Shown here in pieces: positions 50,607 through 62,718 of a stretch of 64,000 nucleotides of DNA. This stretch comes from Octopus sinensis (taxonomy: Eukaryota), in NCBI RefSeq assembly GCF_006345805.1, contig NC_042998.1, forward strand, positions 136,090,001 to 136,154,000, written 5' to 3'. The position numbers and the translations under genes are program-made. The stretch's first letter is position 1; every line of letters starts with the position of its first letter. The notes under the pieces are model-generated. The model saw only the letters and a program-made list of their open reading frames with translations. It searched no databases and was not told the origin of the DNA.

Positions 50607-51249
50607 TACAACATACAACAAGGTACTTAGTATCATTAAATAGAAATGGGCAGTCTATATTCCAATGAAGGCAAATAAGTTAGCTGTGACAAATACCTGA
50701 AAGAATAAAGCAGTGATGTACAAGTGTGTAGGATGTTGTTACTTAGCAACTGAATACTGTGAGAGCATTAAGAAATGTGCCAGAGAAAAATAATTGGATG
50801 TGTGTTTCTTGCTGTTTATGTTTGTATGTGTGTGCTTGCATGTGTGTGTGTGTGTGGTGTGTGTGTGTGTGTGTGTGTGGTGTGTGTGCATGTGCGTGTG
50901 TTTATTATATTAAAAATTTACAGTCTACTCAAGTTTTGACTAATGGCTACACACACATATACATGCACACACACACATAATGTATGTATGTGTGTGTGTC
51001 TGTATACAAAATCGTCTGTGTATATATATGTTTACTGAAAAATTTTGGTCTACTCCCGTTTCACCTGAGAGCTATGTGTGTGTGTGTGTGTGTGCGTGTG
51101 GGTGTGTGTTTGTATACATAAATATATTTTGTTTATTTATTGAGTCAGGAGAAAGGAGCAGAGACCATAGCCTTTGTAGGCCCTCCTGGACCAGTGAGAT
51201 GAATAATTAATTAATAATTCTCATGTATATTTGTAATTCAGTGCCAGCT

Positions 51250-51690
51250 GGAAGTGCATGAACAAGGAGCAATGTCCTAAAAGCCAGCATTCAAGGAAAG
51301 AATGATGGGGTGTAGTGAACAGTGTGAAGCCTGGGGTTTGAATACAACAGATGTGATGACAGGATGAGAAACAAAAGGGACAGGAATTCATGAGTAGCAG
51401 TGACTTGACTCTGCTATTTCCAAGTAGTAGATACCAATACAGTAGCAGTAGAAAAGGTAGAAAGAAGAGACAGCTTATTTATAGGCCAGAGGATGGAGTG
51501 TGTCTGTGAGTGACTGCTTGGCACTCAATTAAGTTGCTCTTTTTTTGATACAGACTAAGATGTTTGTGTGTGCATTAGCAGCAGCACCATCCCTGATGTG
51601 AAGGCAAGTCATGATTGTGGGCCACATCTGAACTTTGTAGAGTATCAATAATTGTTATGAGATGGTGCATTTTCTTGCTCTGAAGAGAAG
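51250..51690 (-). mobile_element. Ancient LINE C-terminal remnant (L2/Crack-like)
   Basis: Degenerate ..HI.DGA......IKKRA.....LTDTLHPLA.. resembling HIW.GA..LD.IQKRA..L..SLA. Confidence 0.35.
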
Positions 51691-53047
51691 TTCAAGTCAT
51701 TGGGATGTAAGCCGGGCTACTTTAAGAATGTAGTTTTGCCTGAAGAGATCATCAGTAGCAGGTGAAAACTATCTTGAGGGCTCTAACAGAGTAAAATAGT
51801 GATGATCCAATGACTAGGTGTAGCTTCAAGGAATGAAAAAGTGAACAGAATTGTATGGTAATAGAACAAGAAAGATTGTTGGGTTGAAAGAACGTATGGG
51901 GAGAGTGAGGGATTATTTCAGAAGTAGTTGAGATGATTGAATGAATATAAGGAATGAAGAACAAGGATTGAGAAATGGGTGAGGATAAATATGAATAAGA
52001 AGATGAGAAAGAGTGGATGATGACTCTAAAGATTAGGTAGGATTGATGGATGGTTGTGGTTGTGGTGAATGGTGGACTAAAATGGAGGAGTAGGTAAGAG
52101 AGAGTAGATGATGACGGGCAGTAGAGAAAGTGGTAAATAGAACATCAAAATAATAGCAGCCATACAGTAAACAGGAGAAGGATGAGAGAAAGGAAGATGA
52201 TGTGAATGGGCAGATTGCAAGAGTGTTAGTGGAGAGTAAGACACAGTGCATAGGAAGAGTGAGATATGTGTGTGGTAGAGAGTGAGAAATAATTTAGAAG
52301 CACAGGAGGATGATCAATGTAAAATGTGAGAGGAGAGGGACAATACTAAGAATGATTGATGAAAGCCAAATGAAAAGAATTCAGGTAGTGAGAAAGATTA
52401 TGGGCATCACAGCAAAAGATGATGAAATATGCAGTTCTGCTCTTGTTTACTTACAGCAGGTAAGCGATGGAATAAGCACAAGTTTCAGCTCTAAGACTGT
52501 TTCCCATATTTTCTTTTACTTGTACTTATTCCTAACAACTGCAGCCATGATGGGGCACTGCCTTGAAGAATTTTAGTTAAATAAATCAACTCCAGTACTT
52601 ACTTTTCAAGCCTGGCATTTATTCTATCAATCTCTTTAGCTGAACCACTTAGTTACAGGGACATAAACACACCAACATTGGTTGTCAAGTAGTGGTGGTA
52701 GACAAAGACAGAAATAAGCACACACACACACACACACGCACACACACACACACACACGCACACACACACACACACACGCACACACACACATGCACACACA
52801 CACACACGCACACAATATATATATATTCTCTCCCTGATAATAAACTACAGATCCTTCTGTAGGAATTTGTTGCTCTATAACTCACGTGGGTGGACAGGGT
52901 AGGATGCAAAGCCTCATTCGTACCTTTTGAATTCGATTTGACCAGGGCTGGTAAGCTGGAAGGCTGCACCAGACTCCAGTCTGATTTGGCATGGTTCTAC
53001 AGCTGGATGCTCTTTCTTAATGCCAACCACTCCGTGTGCATATATGA

Positions 53048-53086
<39 letters not shown>

Positions 53087-53589
53087 ATGTGTTTCTTTCA
53101 GTTACTGTCTATCAAATACACTCATAAGACTTTGGTCAACCTGAGGCTAAAGTAGAAGATGCTTGCCCAAGGTGCTACACAGTGGAAGTGAACCCAGAAC
53201 CATGTAGTTGGGAAGCAAGCTTCTTACCACATAGCCATGTTTTTTTTTAATTTAGGCATTTGCATATATTGTCATTTAACCCAAGATTTACTTGACTGAT
53301 GAAGATTATGATCCAAAGATTTTTTAATGATATCTAGAACTATATTGATGATGGTTTATATCTATTTTTTTTTTTTTTTAGGTACAGCTTGATGTATTGG
53401 TGAATAGTCAGCAGTATTGAAGAGTATAAAGATTTAAGTTGTAGTTCAGAAAAAGTAAGATGACATGGAAGCCATCTGAATATCAGAAAAGAGTTACCTG
53501 TATCATGATGATTCGTGTTGGGTATCAAAATGCCGACGTCATGACTGCAGCTCAATGCTCTGTGAACATTGTAAACAAAGTAAGATGTG

Positions 53590-54217
53590 ACATGGACATG
53601 TCCCATGTATCATGAAAACCAAATCTGTAATGGTTTTTGGATGTGTCTCCAATGATGTGATGTCATGCCATCCAACATCATTGAAACAGAGCCTTAGGCT
53701 CAATTCAGCTGGCTATGTGAAGCTGCTGGAGACTGTGATCAATACCTGACTGCAGAGAGTTGCTGTTGGAAGGTTGTATGTGTGGCAGCAGGATTTGGCT
53801 CCTTGCCATACTGCCAGAAACAGTGAAAAGTGGTTGTTGAAGAATTTCCATCACTTCACCAATCCGAATTTCTGGCTACATAATTCCACTGATTGTAGTT
53901 ACATGTATTACTATGTATTACTATAGTGTCTTGAAAAAGACACCAACTGCTTTGCCTGCAACATCAAGGCTGAGCTGATGACCAAGATCAAGGAAGTATT
54001 CAAAGGTCTTCCCAGGGACACAATGAGGAATGCTTTGACAGGTACCAGAGCTGCCTTGGAGCTGTGGTGGAAGCTGAGGGTGGCTACTTTGAGCAAACTG
54101 TTATGTCCCTGACATAATCTAGTTGATATTTTTGATGTTTTAAAATACTTTTATTTTTGGATGAAGTTGTATTTTCATTACCTTTTATGCAAACTGTCAA
54201 ATTTAATCTGAACACTG
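53590..54217 (+). mobile_element. Tc1/mariner superfamily maT (DD37D) transposon, 3' half
   Basis: MKTK.SVMVFG.VS, YVWQQD(53792)LAPCHT..W..NSTDC; 37 residues to the third-D position (53906, now TAT); AVVEAEGGYFE; ends CACTG|TA. Confidence 0.85.
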
Positions 54218-55403
54218 TAAAATATCCTTTAAAATGGTAAAGTGTCATCTGAGAGAGATTTAGCTATTTCAACCAGTGGAAATTCCTTTTTATTGTTAGA
54301 GAAAATGTTTTACAACCAGTTCTCCTACATGATATCCATTTCGTCATTGAGTATGAGTGATGTATGTTGTCTCTATCCTTGTGCCTTAATTTCAAATGCA
54401 ATTTTTATTTTATAATGATACACACAAATACATATTCAGTCTCACTGTTTTACTCTGAGATTACATTTTCAGCCAGTGTTTATCATAGGAAGTTATATTG
54501 CTTGATATTATTTGTTCATCGTTATGCTGTTTGCTTCAAATTCAAAGAGATATAAACAATTTGATACGTATTCATCTCTATGCTTTTAGCATCATACTCT
54601 TGGGACAATATTTATATCTAATTTAAATTGCCAATCCTTACATAAAACAACTTAGAGATATCAATAACTCCATTAATATCACTGCATAAACATTACAATA
54701 ACAACATCAGATAACATCGTGAAACACCACTACCTCGCTCAACAAATTCATTTATTATATATTATCAAAAATCAGCTATCAAAAGTGTATCAAAATGCTA
54801 AACTTAAATTATTTTGGATGTTGTTAATTCTGTCTAAAATGTGTTTGCTAATAATTCTATGTTACTTTTAGTGGAGTCCAATAAGTTGAGTTGTGATGTT
54901 ATTTAAGAAATTGGTTTATGGTCTTTGATAGTGAAATATGGTTTCTGAGGGCATGAGTTTGTAACCTGCCTTTGATGTTTAGAGTGGAAGCTATGTTTAT
55001 CTTAATGAAATATGTGTTATTCATTTTTTTTTTTTTTGCAATTATTAGAAATACTATTGGCTAGTAGGTTGTTATATGAGCTATACTTCATTTATGCTTG
55101 TTTTGGATTAAACATGCTAAAAAGTTTACAGTGTTTTTTTTTCCCCACAATTTATGAACTAGGCTATTAAATCACACCTAAACAATTTATTAAATCAGTT
55201 GTTTTATACGAATATCTGAATAAAGAATCTCACTCATTGACCTGAACATAATGATTTATATACCCACGGACCTCTTTTTTCTCCATTAATAATAATTAAT
55301 GTTTATTTTAAAATATAACAATAGAAGTTTAAATGGCAATTATTATAATGTAGGAGTACATTATAATGATCCACACCTTAAGTACTTGTACTTTTTTTAA
55401 ATC

Positions 55404-55448
55404 CATTATCTGATGAACCAGTGTCTGGTGAAATTCTGAGTCATAATG
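55404..55448 (+). ncRNA. Type I hammerhead ribozyme with intact catalytic core
   Basis: CATTAT-CTGATGA-ACCAG[TGT]CTGGT-GAA-ATT[CTG]AGT-C-ATAATG. 6-bp stem I, 5-bp stem II, 3-bp stem III (one G-U), GUC triplet; predicted cut between 55442 and 55443. Confidence 0.85.
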
Positions 55449-55751
55449 TGACACTATAATCTTCAGCTTGCAAGAAACACTTGTCTCCCATCTTGCATCC
55501 TTGACCCCCACCTTATCTACCTATTGATCCTGTCTCTTCCCACTTTTGTTGCCCATCTCTCTACTGTTCACATACCTCTGTCTCTCATCTTTGTACCACA
55601 TGTGCAGGCAACATCATCCTTTACCCTTCACTAGACTTATGTATAAGAGACATCAGACCATCCTCATCCCTCCATAACACTCTCCCATCCCTAGAATCAA
55701 ACTATCTGTACATAACATACTCTAACATTGATCTTTCTGTATTGCCAGCCA

Positions 55752-55793
<42 letters not shown>

Positions 55794-56159
55794 GAGCAAC
55801 TTACTCTTTCTTTTTCTTTTCATCTTAACTTTGTTCATCTGTGCTTTTTCCAATCACTTTGTCCTCCTGTTTCACTCTAATAATCCCACCTTTTCTAGAC
55901 TCTTGAAAACTTGTAGCCTTATGGCTTTTTTGATGATTTTTCCACAGTCTGACCATTGACTTGAAAACTTTCTAACAGTCCTCAGTAAAGAGATTCTTCT
56001 GTAGTTCAGAAGTGTAGAAGACTAACACGTTGAGATAAGGTATTAAGTGTTTCACTGTCAATACCATCAACAATTATGAGTTGGAGATAGTCCACAAGTT
56101 CTCATACTTTGGCCCCATCATCATAGACAACTTCTCCATGCATTCCAAGATCAGGGAGC

Positions 56160-56478
56160 ACTCTGTCAGTTACGACGTTGAGGGTTCCAGCTGATATGAT
56201 CAACAAAATAGCTTGCTCTTTAAATTAACATGCTTGTGACTGAGCACTCTACAGACATGTGTACCCTTAATGTAGTTTTCAGGAAGATTCAGCATGACAC
56301 AGAGTGCGACAAGGCTGGCCCTTTGAAATACAGGTGCTACTCATTTTTCCCAGCTGAGTGGACTGGAGCAACATGAAATAAAGTGTCTTGCTCAAGGACA
56401 CAACATATTGCTGGGACTTGAACTCATGACCTTACACTCATGAGCTGAATGCCCTAACCACTAAGCCATGCACCTTCA
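56160..56478 (-). mobile_element. Full-length SINE family C
   Basis: Reverse complement of 40607-40926. Confidence 0.85.
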
Positions 56479-57234
56479 CCTTTTTTTTATTCCATAATTA
56501 ACAGACAGATTGAAAGTGTAGTGCTTGAAAGAACAACAAGCCGTTGGCACATGTCAAGAATGTTGTCTTCAGGGCCTACATTTTCATCACATTGATTTTC
56601 AGCATTGAGATCTAAGCCACTATTCTAGACAAAAGTGGCAGCTCAGTGTCTTGCAGCTTCACAATTTAAAACACATCTGAGACATCAAGTAGACCAACAT
56701 TGAAGTCCTGGCTCCACTCCAGTAATAGTAAACCCACTGGCAGAGCAATGTACACCCTGTATCGAATAAAAAGATTTTGAAAGATTTTTGTAAGGGCAGA
56801 AGGGTAAACCATCTTCCTTTCAAAGATGTCTAAAAGAGAGAGAAGTCACTGGATATAAACTTTGAGACAAGAGATGATATGATAAGCAATTGCATTCACT
56901 GGAAGTTGATATTTGTATGATTCTAAAATAAAAAGAGAGGCTGTGACTTGCTGCTATAAAAAATAAAAAGTGCACTTGTAGAAAAAATAATAACCAATAT
57001 CCTATAAGAGAAGACTGTCTTCAGGTTAAGTGCTGCAAGGACTGTTGCTCTATAGCCATGACAGTAGCTTCTCAATCAATACAATTGAAGCAAGATTTTC
57101 CAGGTGCAGCTCTATAGTCTAGCAAGACTAACAGATGCCACTGTATATAAAATATAAGGAAACCTTTTAAATGTTTTGACAATGTTATATAAATATTTCT
57201 AATAATGGCACAAGACCTTAAATTAGTCAGAGGC

Positions 57235-57515
57235 CGTCCGCCAGCCTCATCTGGCACCTGTGTCGGTGGCACATAAAAACACCATCCGAGCGTGGCCGTC
57301 TGCCAGCCTCGTCTGGCACCTGTGTCGGTGGCACATAAAATCACCCACTACACTCTCGGAGTGGTTGGCGTTAGGAAGGGCATCCAGCTGTAGAAACACT
57401 GCCAGATCTGACTGGCCTGGTGCAGCCTTCGGGCTCCCCAGACCCCAGTTGAACCGTCCAACCCATGCTAGCATGGAAAACGGACGCTAAATGATGATGA
57501 TGATGATGATGATGA
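57235..57515 (+). mobile_element. RTE 3'UTR fragment, 2 minisatellite units + (ATG)n
   Basis: gccagcctc.tctggcacctgtgtcggtggcacataaaa twice, then cccactacactc..gcatggaaaacggacgctaaatgatg. Confidence 0.9.
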
Positions 57516-59035
57516 ATGCAGTTGAATTATATACCTCCAGTATTTGATCAATACTAGTTTTCTTGGCACAAGAAGGTTGAAAGGCAAAGTTAGTCCTGGT
57601 GGGATTTGAACTCAGGATATAAAGTGACCTGATTAAATACTGCAAAGTATTTTGTCCAGCACTCTACAGATTCTGTTATCCATTACCATGACAATGTTAT
57701 ATAATAATTACCTCTATACTTTAAATTATTTATGTAGCAATAAATCATGTAGAAATGTAACTAGACAAATGCTGACACATTGAGTCATGCTGCTTCTGTT
57801 GTGTTTCTCATTGAGAAGCCATAAAACCCCATCATTATGTTATATGAGTCATGGCATCTTGCATTACTTTCAAATCCATCAGATTAGTTTTCACAACTAA
57901 TCGATAACTGGCGTACTACAATAGTAACCTATATAGTCAATATGATTGTGACTCATTGATTACAGAGTATTTCTAAGTAGCATTTCTTCTTGCAAACCCT
58001 TGAATTTCAGTAGTCAGTTAAAGAAGGACAATTTCTCTGTTCTTTTATTCTTTTGCTTATTTCACTCACTGGACTGTGGCCATGCTGGGGTACTGTCTTG
58101 AAGGGTTTACGGTTGAACAAATCAACTCTTATTTTCATTCTGCTGCTTATCCCAGAGGTCTCTTTTGGCTGAGCTGCTAAGTAATGGATGCAAATGAACC
58201 ATCTCCAGTTGTCAAGTGGTCAAGTGGTCATGGTGGTGGTGGTGGTGTGGACAAGCACAAAGTTGCACACACACACACACACAAATATACACACACATGC
58301 ACACAGACATACAAACATGCATGCACACACTTGCATGCATGCACACGTGTGAGAAAGAAACATCTGGGGAAAAAGAACTGTACAGTCAGCGTTTCAGGCA
58401 TATGCAGTATGTTGCAGTAGATGAGTCTTGGCTATGGCTGAAGGACTGAGAACTTAAGAAAGAAACAGGACTCATAATGGCTGCTCAAAGGCAGTCATTG
58501 CAGACAAATATCATTAAGGTTTGACCTACCAAATTCACTCACAAGGCTTTGGTCAGCCCAGGACCGTAGTAGAATGCACTAGTAGAATACAAAGTACCAT
58601 ACAGTGCAATAGAATTTGAAACCACATGGCTGGGAAGCAAGTTTCTTAACCACACAACAGCACCTGGGCCAACAACAAGACAATGGTTTTTAAGTTGTTT
58701 TAGTTTGTTCATCAATGACAACATAACACATTCAGCACTAGGACAATTCAAAAGAGAGGAATTTTAACTGAAGGCAATTACATACTGAATAATAAAGCTA
58801 CTTACAAAATAAAGGATATTCATAAATTCATGTTGGGATAAATTAAATAAGTAAAAAGTGCTGGCAGTATTTGCTGTTGTTGTTAAGTCCAAATCAGCTT
58901 TGATAGTACAATCTTGTGTTCAGAAGAGCATAACTCCTTAGCAGGAATTTAAAGCCACATCCATGCTACTCATGCTCTAAAGAACAATCAAGTGATGGCA
59001 TTATTCAAAACTGAGTTGCGGCAATCATATACATA

Positions 59036-59185
59036 CAGGCACAGACGTGGCTGTGTGGTAAGAAGTTTGCTTCCCAAGCACATAGTTCTGCGTTCAGTCC
59101 TATTGTGTAACACCTAGGACAATTGTCTTCTACCATAGCCTCAGGCCGACCAAAGCTTTGTGAGTGGATTTGGTAGACGAAAACT
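59036..59185 (+). mobile_element. SINE family A head; tail displaced to 61370-61640 by the Penelope insertion
   Basis: Head ends gaaactgaaagaagcctgttg before (TA)n; matching tail gtcccacc..cttgacaactgg..gccctagcatggctgcagtc resumes after 61370. Confidence 0.8.
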
Positions 59186-59246
59186 GAAAGAAGCCTGTTG
59201 TCTATATATATATATATATATAATATATATATATATATACACACAC

Positions 59247-59277
<31 letters not shown>

Positions 59278-59374
59278 GTATACATAAAGAACAAAAAGTT
59301 TTGAATGGTACAACAATGCACTATAATACTAACAATAGGCTATATACCTGTAGTAATTTAGTCATCCATAGTCT

Positions 59375-59410
59375 GATAATATTTTGGAATAAAATTCCTT
59401 GTTCAGATAT
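59375..59410 (-). ncRNA. Hammerhead-like core in pLTR (left copy)
   Basis: Minus strand: CTGAACA-A-GGAAT[TTT]ATTCC-AAAA-TATT; with the right copy gives consensus CTGAAGA-A-GGAAT[TTT]ATTCC-GAAA-TATT. Confidence 0.4.
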
Positions 59411-59702
59411 TCTTAGATGGAGTCACTGCTATAATCGGTTTTCCAATGGCTTTTCTTTTTTTTTTTTTCGGAAGTGTCTCAGCAGTGGTCTCATGAAGCT
59501 CCCTCCAGAATTCCTCATGAGAAGTGCATGAGGTCGGCCATGTCTCAATCTCGTGTGTGTTGGTACATCCGTAGCGCTGCTTCTAAGTTATGTATTATAT
59601 GTGCAGCTTCCATTTTTTCCCTTCTTTTTTTTCTCTTAATTTTTGTCATAAACAATAGATAAGCATATTATCAAAAATGAACCTACACGCATCCAGATAT
59701 AG

Positions 59703-60768
59703 CTAAATAATATATTGATTACCAACCTCCAGCCTGTTGTTAATTTGGGTCCCTAGTCTGTGTATGAGTGTAACTTCCTTAATCGTTAAATTACCCAAAT
59801 TTCTTTCACTGGCCTCAGTTGTGACTGTTATGCTTTTGTCGGTGTTCCGGCATCTGTCTAGATATTTTCTGAAGGAGGAGGCTCTCATGTTCAGATGTTC
59901 TTTGATGCGGACATGCAACGGTCTTGTTGTGCTACCCACATAGAACTTGTTGCATTTGTTACATTGTATTCTATACACAACATTTACACTTTGGCATAAA
60001 TCTGTGTCACGGATGGGACAGTTTGTTAGTGTGCATTGATTGTTGTCCCTTGTTCATTTCTTTGCAAGGTGTCCTTTCAAAGAGGAGCTGAAGTGGGATA
60101 GTTGTATGTCTAGCCCTTCTCTTCTTATGGCTCTTCAGATGGCTGTAGTTAGTCTCTGGCTAAAATGGGATATTTTAAGGAAGCATGTGTTACTGGGTTT
60201 TCTATGTGGTTGGCGTGTTGGTCGTCTTGGGTACTTAGGCTGGTTTACAATGGATCTAGAGTACCTGTTGGTTTTCAATGTATCTAGGAGGCATGTGGTG
60301 TGGGTCACCTTGTCCTCCATTCTGTTGCACTTGCCCTGGATGTGTGCAAGTTCATTTCTGGCGTATCCTGTTTTGGCACCGAGTGGAAGTGCTGAATTGT
60401 ATTGGACAAACATATCTCTACTGGCTGCTTTCCTGTAGTGTGGATCTCCCCTTCTTCCGTTATATTCAGTTTGAAGTCAAGTAGTGATAGCGATCCAGTG
60501 ATGTCGGGATGTTCTATAGTGAACTTTATGTTCATGTCCATGTTATTGAATGTTGTGAATATTCTGTCAGCCTCTTCACGGGAAAATGTGAGTATGAGGA
60601 TGTCTTCTACGTACCTGGTTAAGAAGGCGCATGAACGGCAGATTTGAGTGCTCGACGTTCCAGATGGTTCGTATGTGATGGCTAGTAGGCCCGAGAGACT
60701 GGATCCCACGGGGAGACCTGTTGTCTATTTGTGTATGTGATCCTGGAAAGAGAAGTAGATGTTGAGAC
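59703..60768 (-). pseudogene. Penelope RT (C-terminal half) + GIY-YIG endonuclease, frameshifted
   Basis: NIYFSFQ..GLPVGSSLS, RYVEDIL, IKFTIEHP..SLSLLD, then YRIQCNKCNKFYVGSTTRPLHVRIKEH..KEVTLIHRLGTQINNR. Confidence 0.9.
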
Positions 60769-60904
60769 ATGACCCACCTCATGCACTTCTCATGAGGAAT
60801 TCCAGAAGGAGCTTCGTGAGACCACTGCTGAGATGCTTCCAAAAACAAAAAAACAAAAAGAAAAGCTGTTGGAAAACAGATTATAGCAGCAACTCCATCT
60901 AAGA

Positions 60905-60940
60905 ATATCTGAAGAAGAAATTTTATTCTGAAATATTATC
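60905..60940 (+). ncRNA. Hammerhead-like core in pLTR (right copy)
   Basis: CTGAAGA-A-GAAAT[TTT]ATTCT-GAAA-TATT; palindromic AATATT; stem I only 2 bp. Confidence 0.4.
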
Positions 60941-60969
60941 AGACTCTGGATGACTAAATTACAACAGGT

Positions 60970-61253
60970 GGCCGATGCCAGCACCGCCCCGACTGGCTTC
61001 TGTGCAGGTGGCACATAAAAAGCACCAACCGACCGTGGCCGATGCCAGACCCCTCTGGCACCTGTGCAGGTGGCACGTAAAAAGCACCCACTACACTCGC
61101 GGAGTGGTTGGCATTAGGATGGGCATCCAGCTGTAGAAACACTGCCAGACCAGACTGGAGCCTGGGGCAGCCCCTGGCTCCCCAGACCCCAGTCGAAACC
61201 GTCCAACCCGTGCTAGCGCGGAAAACGGACGTTAAACGATGATGATGATGATG
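60970..61253 (+). mobile_element. RTE 3'UTR fragment inserted into the Penelope right pLTR
   Basis: Left arm reads caggt-atatagcc without interruption; right arm has caggt-[2 minisatellite units + tail + (ATG)n]-atatagcc. Confidence 0.9.
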
Positions 61254-61367
61254 ATATAGCCCATTGTTTGTATTATAATGCATTGTTGTACCATTCAAAA
61301 CTTTTTATTCTTTACAAACAATACACAATGCTTCAAGTGAACTACAATACTCTCTTATATATATTCT

Positions 61368-61418
<51 letters not shown>

Positions 61419-62625
61419 CTATGTATGTGTGTTTGAGTTTGTCCCACCTCCACTGCTTGACAACTGGTGTTTGTGTGTTTTGTCCCCATAACTTAGCAGT
61501 TCGGTAAAAGATATCAATAGAGTAAATACCAGGTTTAAAGAAAAAAAGTACTGGGGCTGATACATTTGGCTAAAAATTCTTCAAGGCAATGCCCTAGCAT
61601 GGCTGCAGTCTAATGACTGCAACAAGTCAAAGATAAAAGAGAAAATATATATGTACATATGTACATGGGTATGTGTCTCATGGAGGTGATGACAAGTGAC
61701 TGAGACCTTTGGAGATTTGCTGTGTTTGAGAAGACATGTCAAGTTAAGTGAAATCATAGTCAAGGCCAGTGCTGGTGACACATAAAAGGTACCCTTGCCA
61801 GTGACATGCAAAGAGTACCCATGCTGGTGACATGTAAAAGACACTAAATACACTCTGTGGAGTGACTGGCATTTGGAAGAGCATCTAGTTATAGAAACCA
61901 AGCCAAATCTAGTTTACCAGCTCCAGTCAAACCATCTTACTCATGCTAGCATGGAAAACAGACAATAAATGATGATGCTGATGCGGATGATGAAGATTTT
62001 TTTTGTATATATCTATTCTTATTTGTCCATTTGTCTGTCTGTCTCTCCATCCATCCATTTGCTTGTCTTTTGTACATGTAGTTTATTTAAGTTTCTCTGT
62101 GTTTAGGACATGTTTTCCCATTATCATTTACAAGCACATATAGAATTACTTTTGTTTCATTAGATACATAGCTACCAGAACATTAGCACTAGATAAAGCT
62201 AATCATACAAAAACACAAATAGCTGAATCAACAGGAAATCAGATAAAAGCCAAGAGGTAGCCAGCTTATATCCTGCCACTAGCTCTCTATTGTTCCCATG
62301 GTCAAGACTAGTGACTCTCAATCTTTCCCTAGCTCAATGCATATTACCACGTAAAAGTATGGACTAAATAATAGATTTAAATAAGTATATTTAACATTTT
62401 GTCATGTTTTTGTTACATCTCATTTGTTTTTATGCAATATATGTTTGACCTCCTTAGCAAAATGAAGTGCAATTTTTAATGGCTGTGTGGTTAAGAAGTT
62501 TGCTTCACAACCACAAAATTTCAGGTTCAGCCCCATTGCACAGAACCTTGGGCAAATGTTGTCTACTATAATTTCAGGCTGGCCAATTGACCAATGCCCT
62601 GTGAGTGGATTTGATCAATGAAACT

Positions 62626-62718
<93 letters not shown>

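Larger units (their letters stand above)
59285..61314 (-). mobile_element. Penelope-like element, 5'-truncated, with inverted pseudo-LTRs
   Basis: Arms 59285-59548 and 60762-61314 (right arm interrupted at 60970-61253) are reverse complements; RT and GIY-YIG lie between them. Confidence 0.9.

Noticed and set aside
51712-51760. Minus-strand hammerhead-like motif CTGATGA-TCT[CTTC]AGGC-AAAA-CTAC..GTAG
   Set aside because: Needs two core reversions and has no stem I; too degenerate to count
53281-53360. CTGATGA-A-GAT[TATG]ATC plus a nearby NYIDDG peptide, suggesting a Penelope relic
   Set aside because: GAAA box is absent and the peptide match is only six residues; suggestive but unsupported
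53970-54000. CTGATGA..GGAAG as a hammerhead
   Set aside because: Lies within maT transposase coding sequence; no GAAA box and no stems I or III
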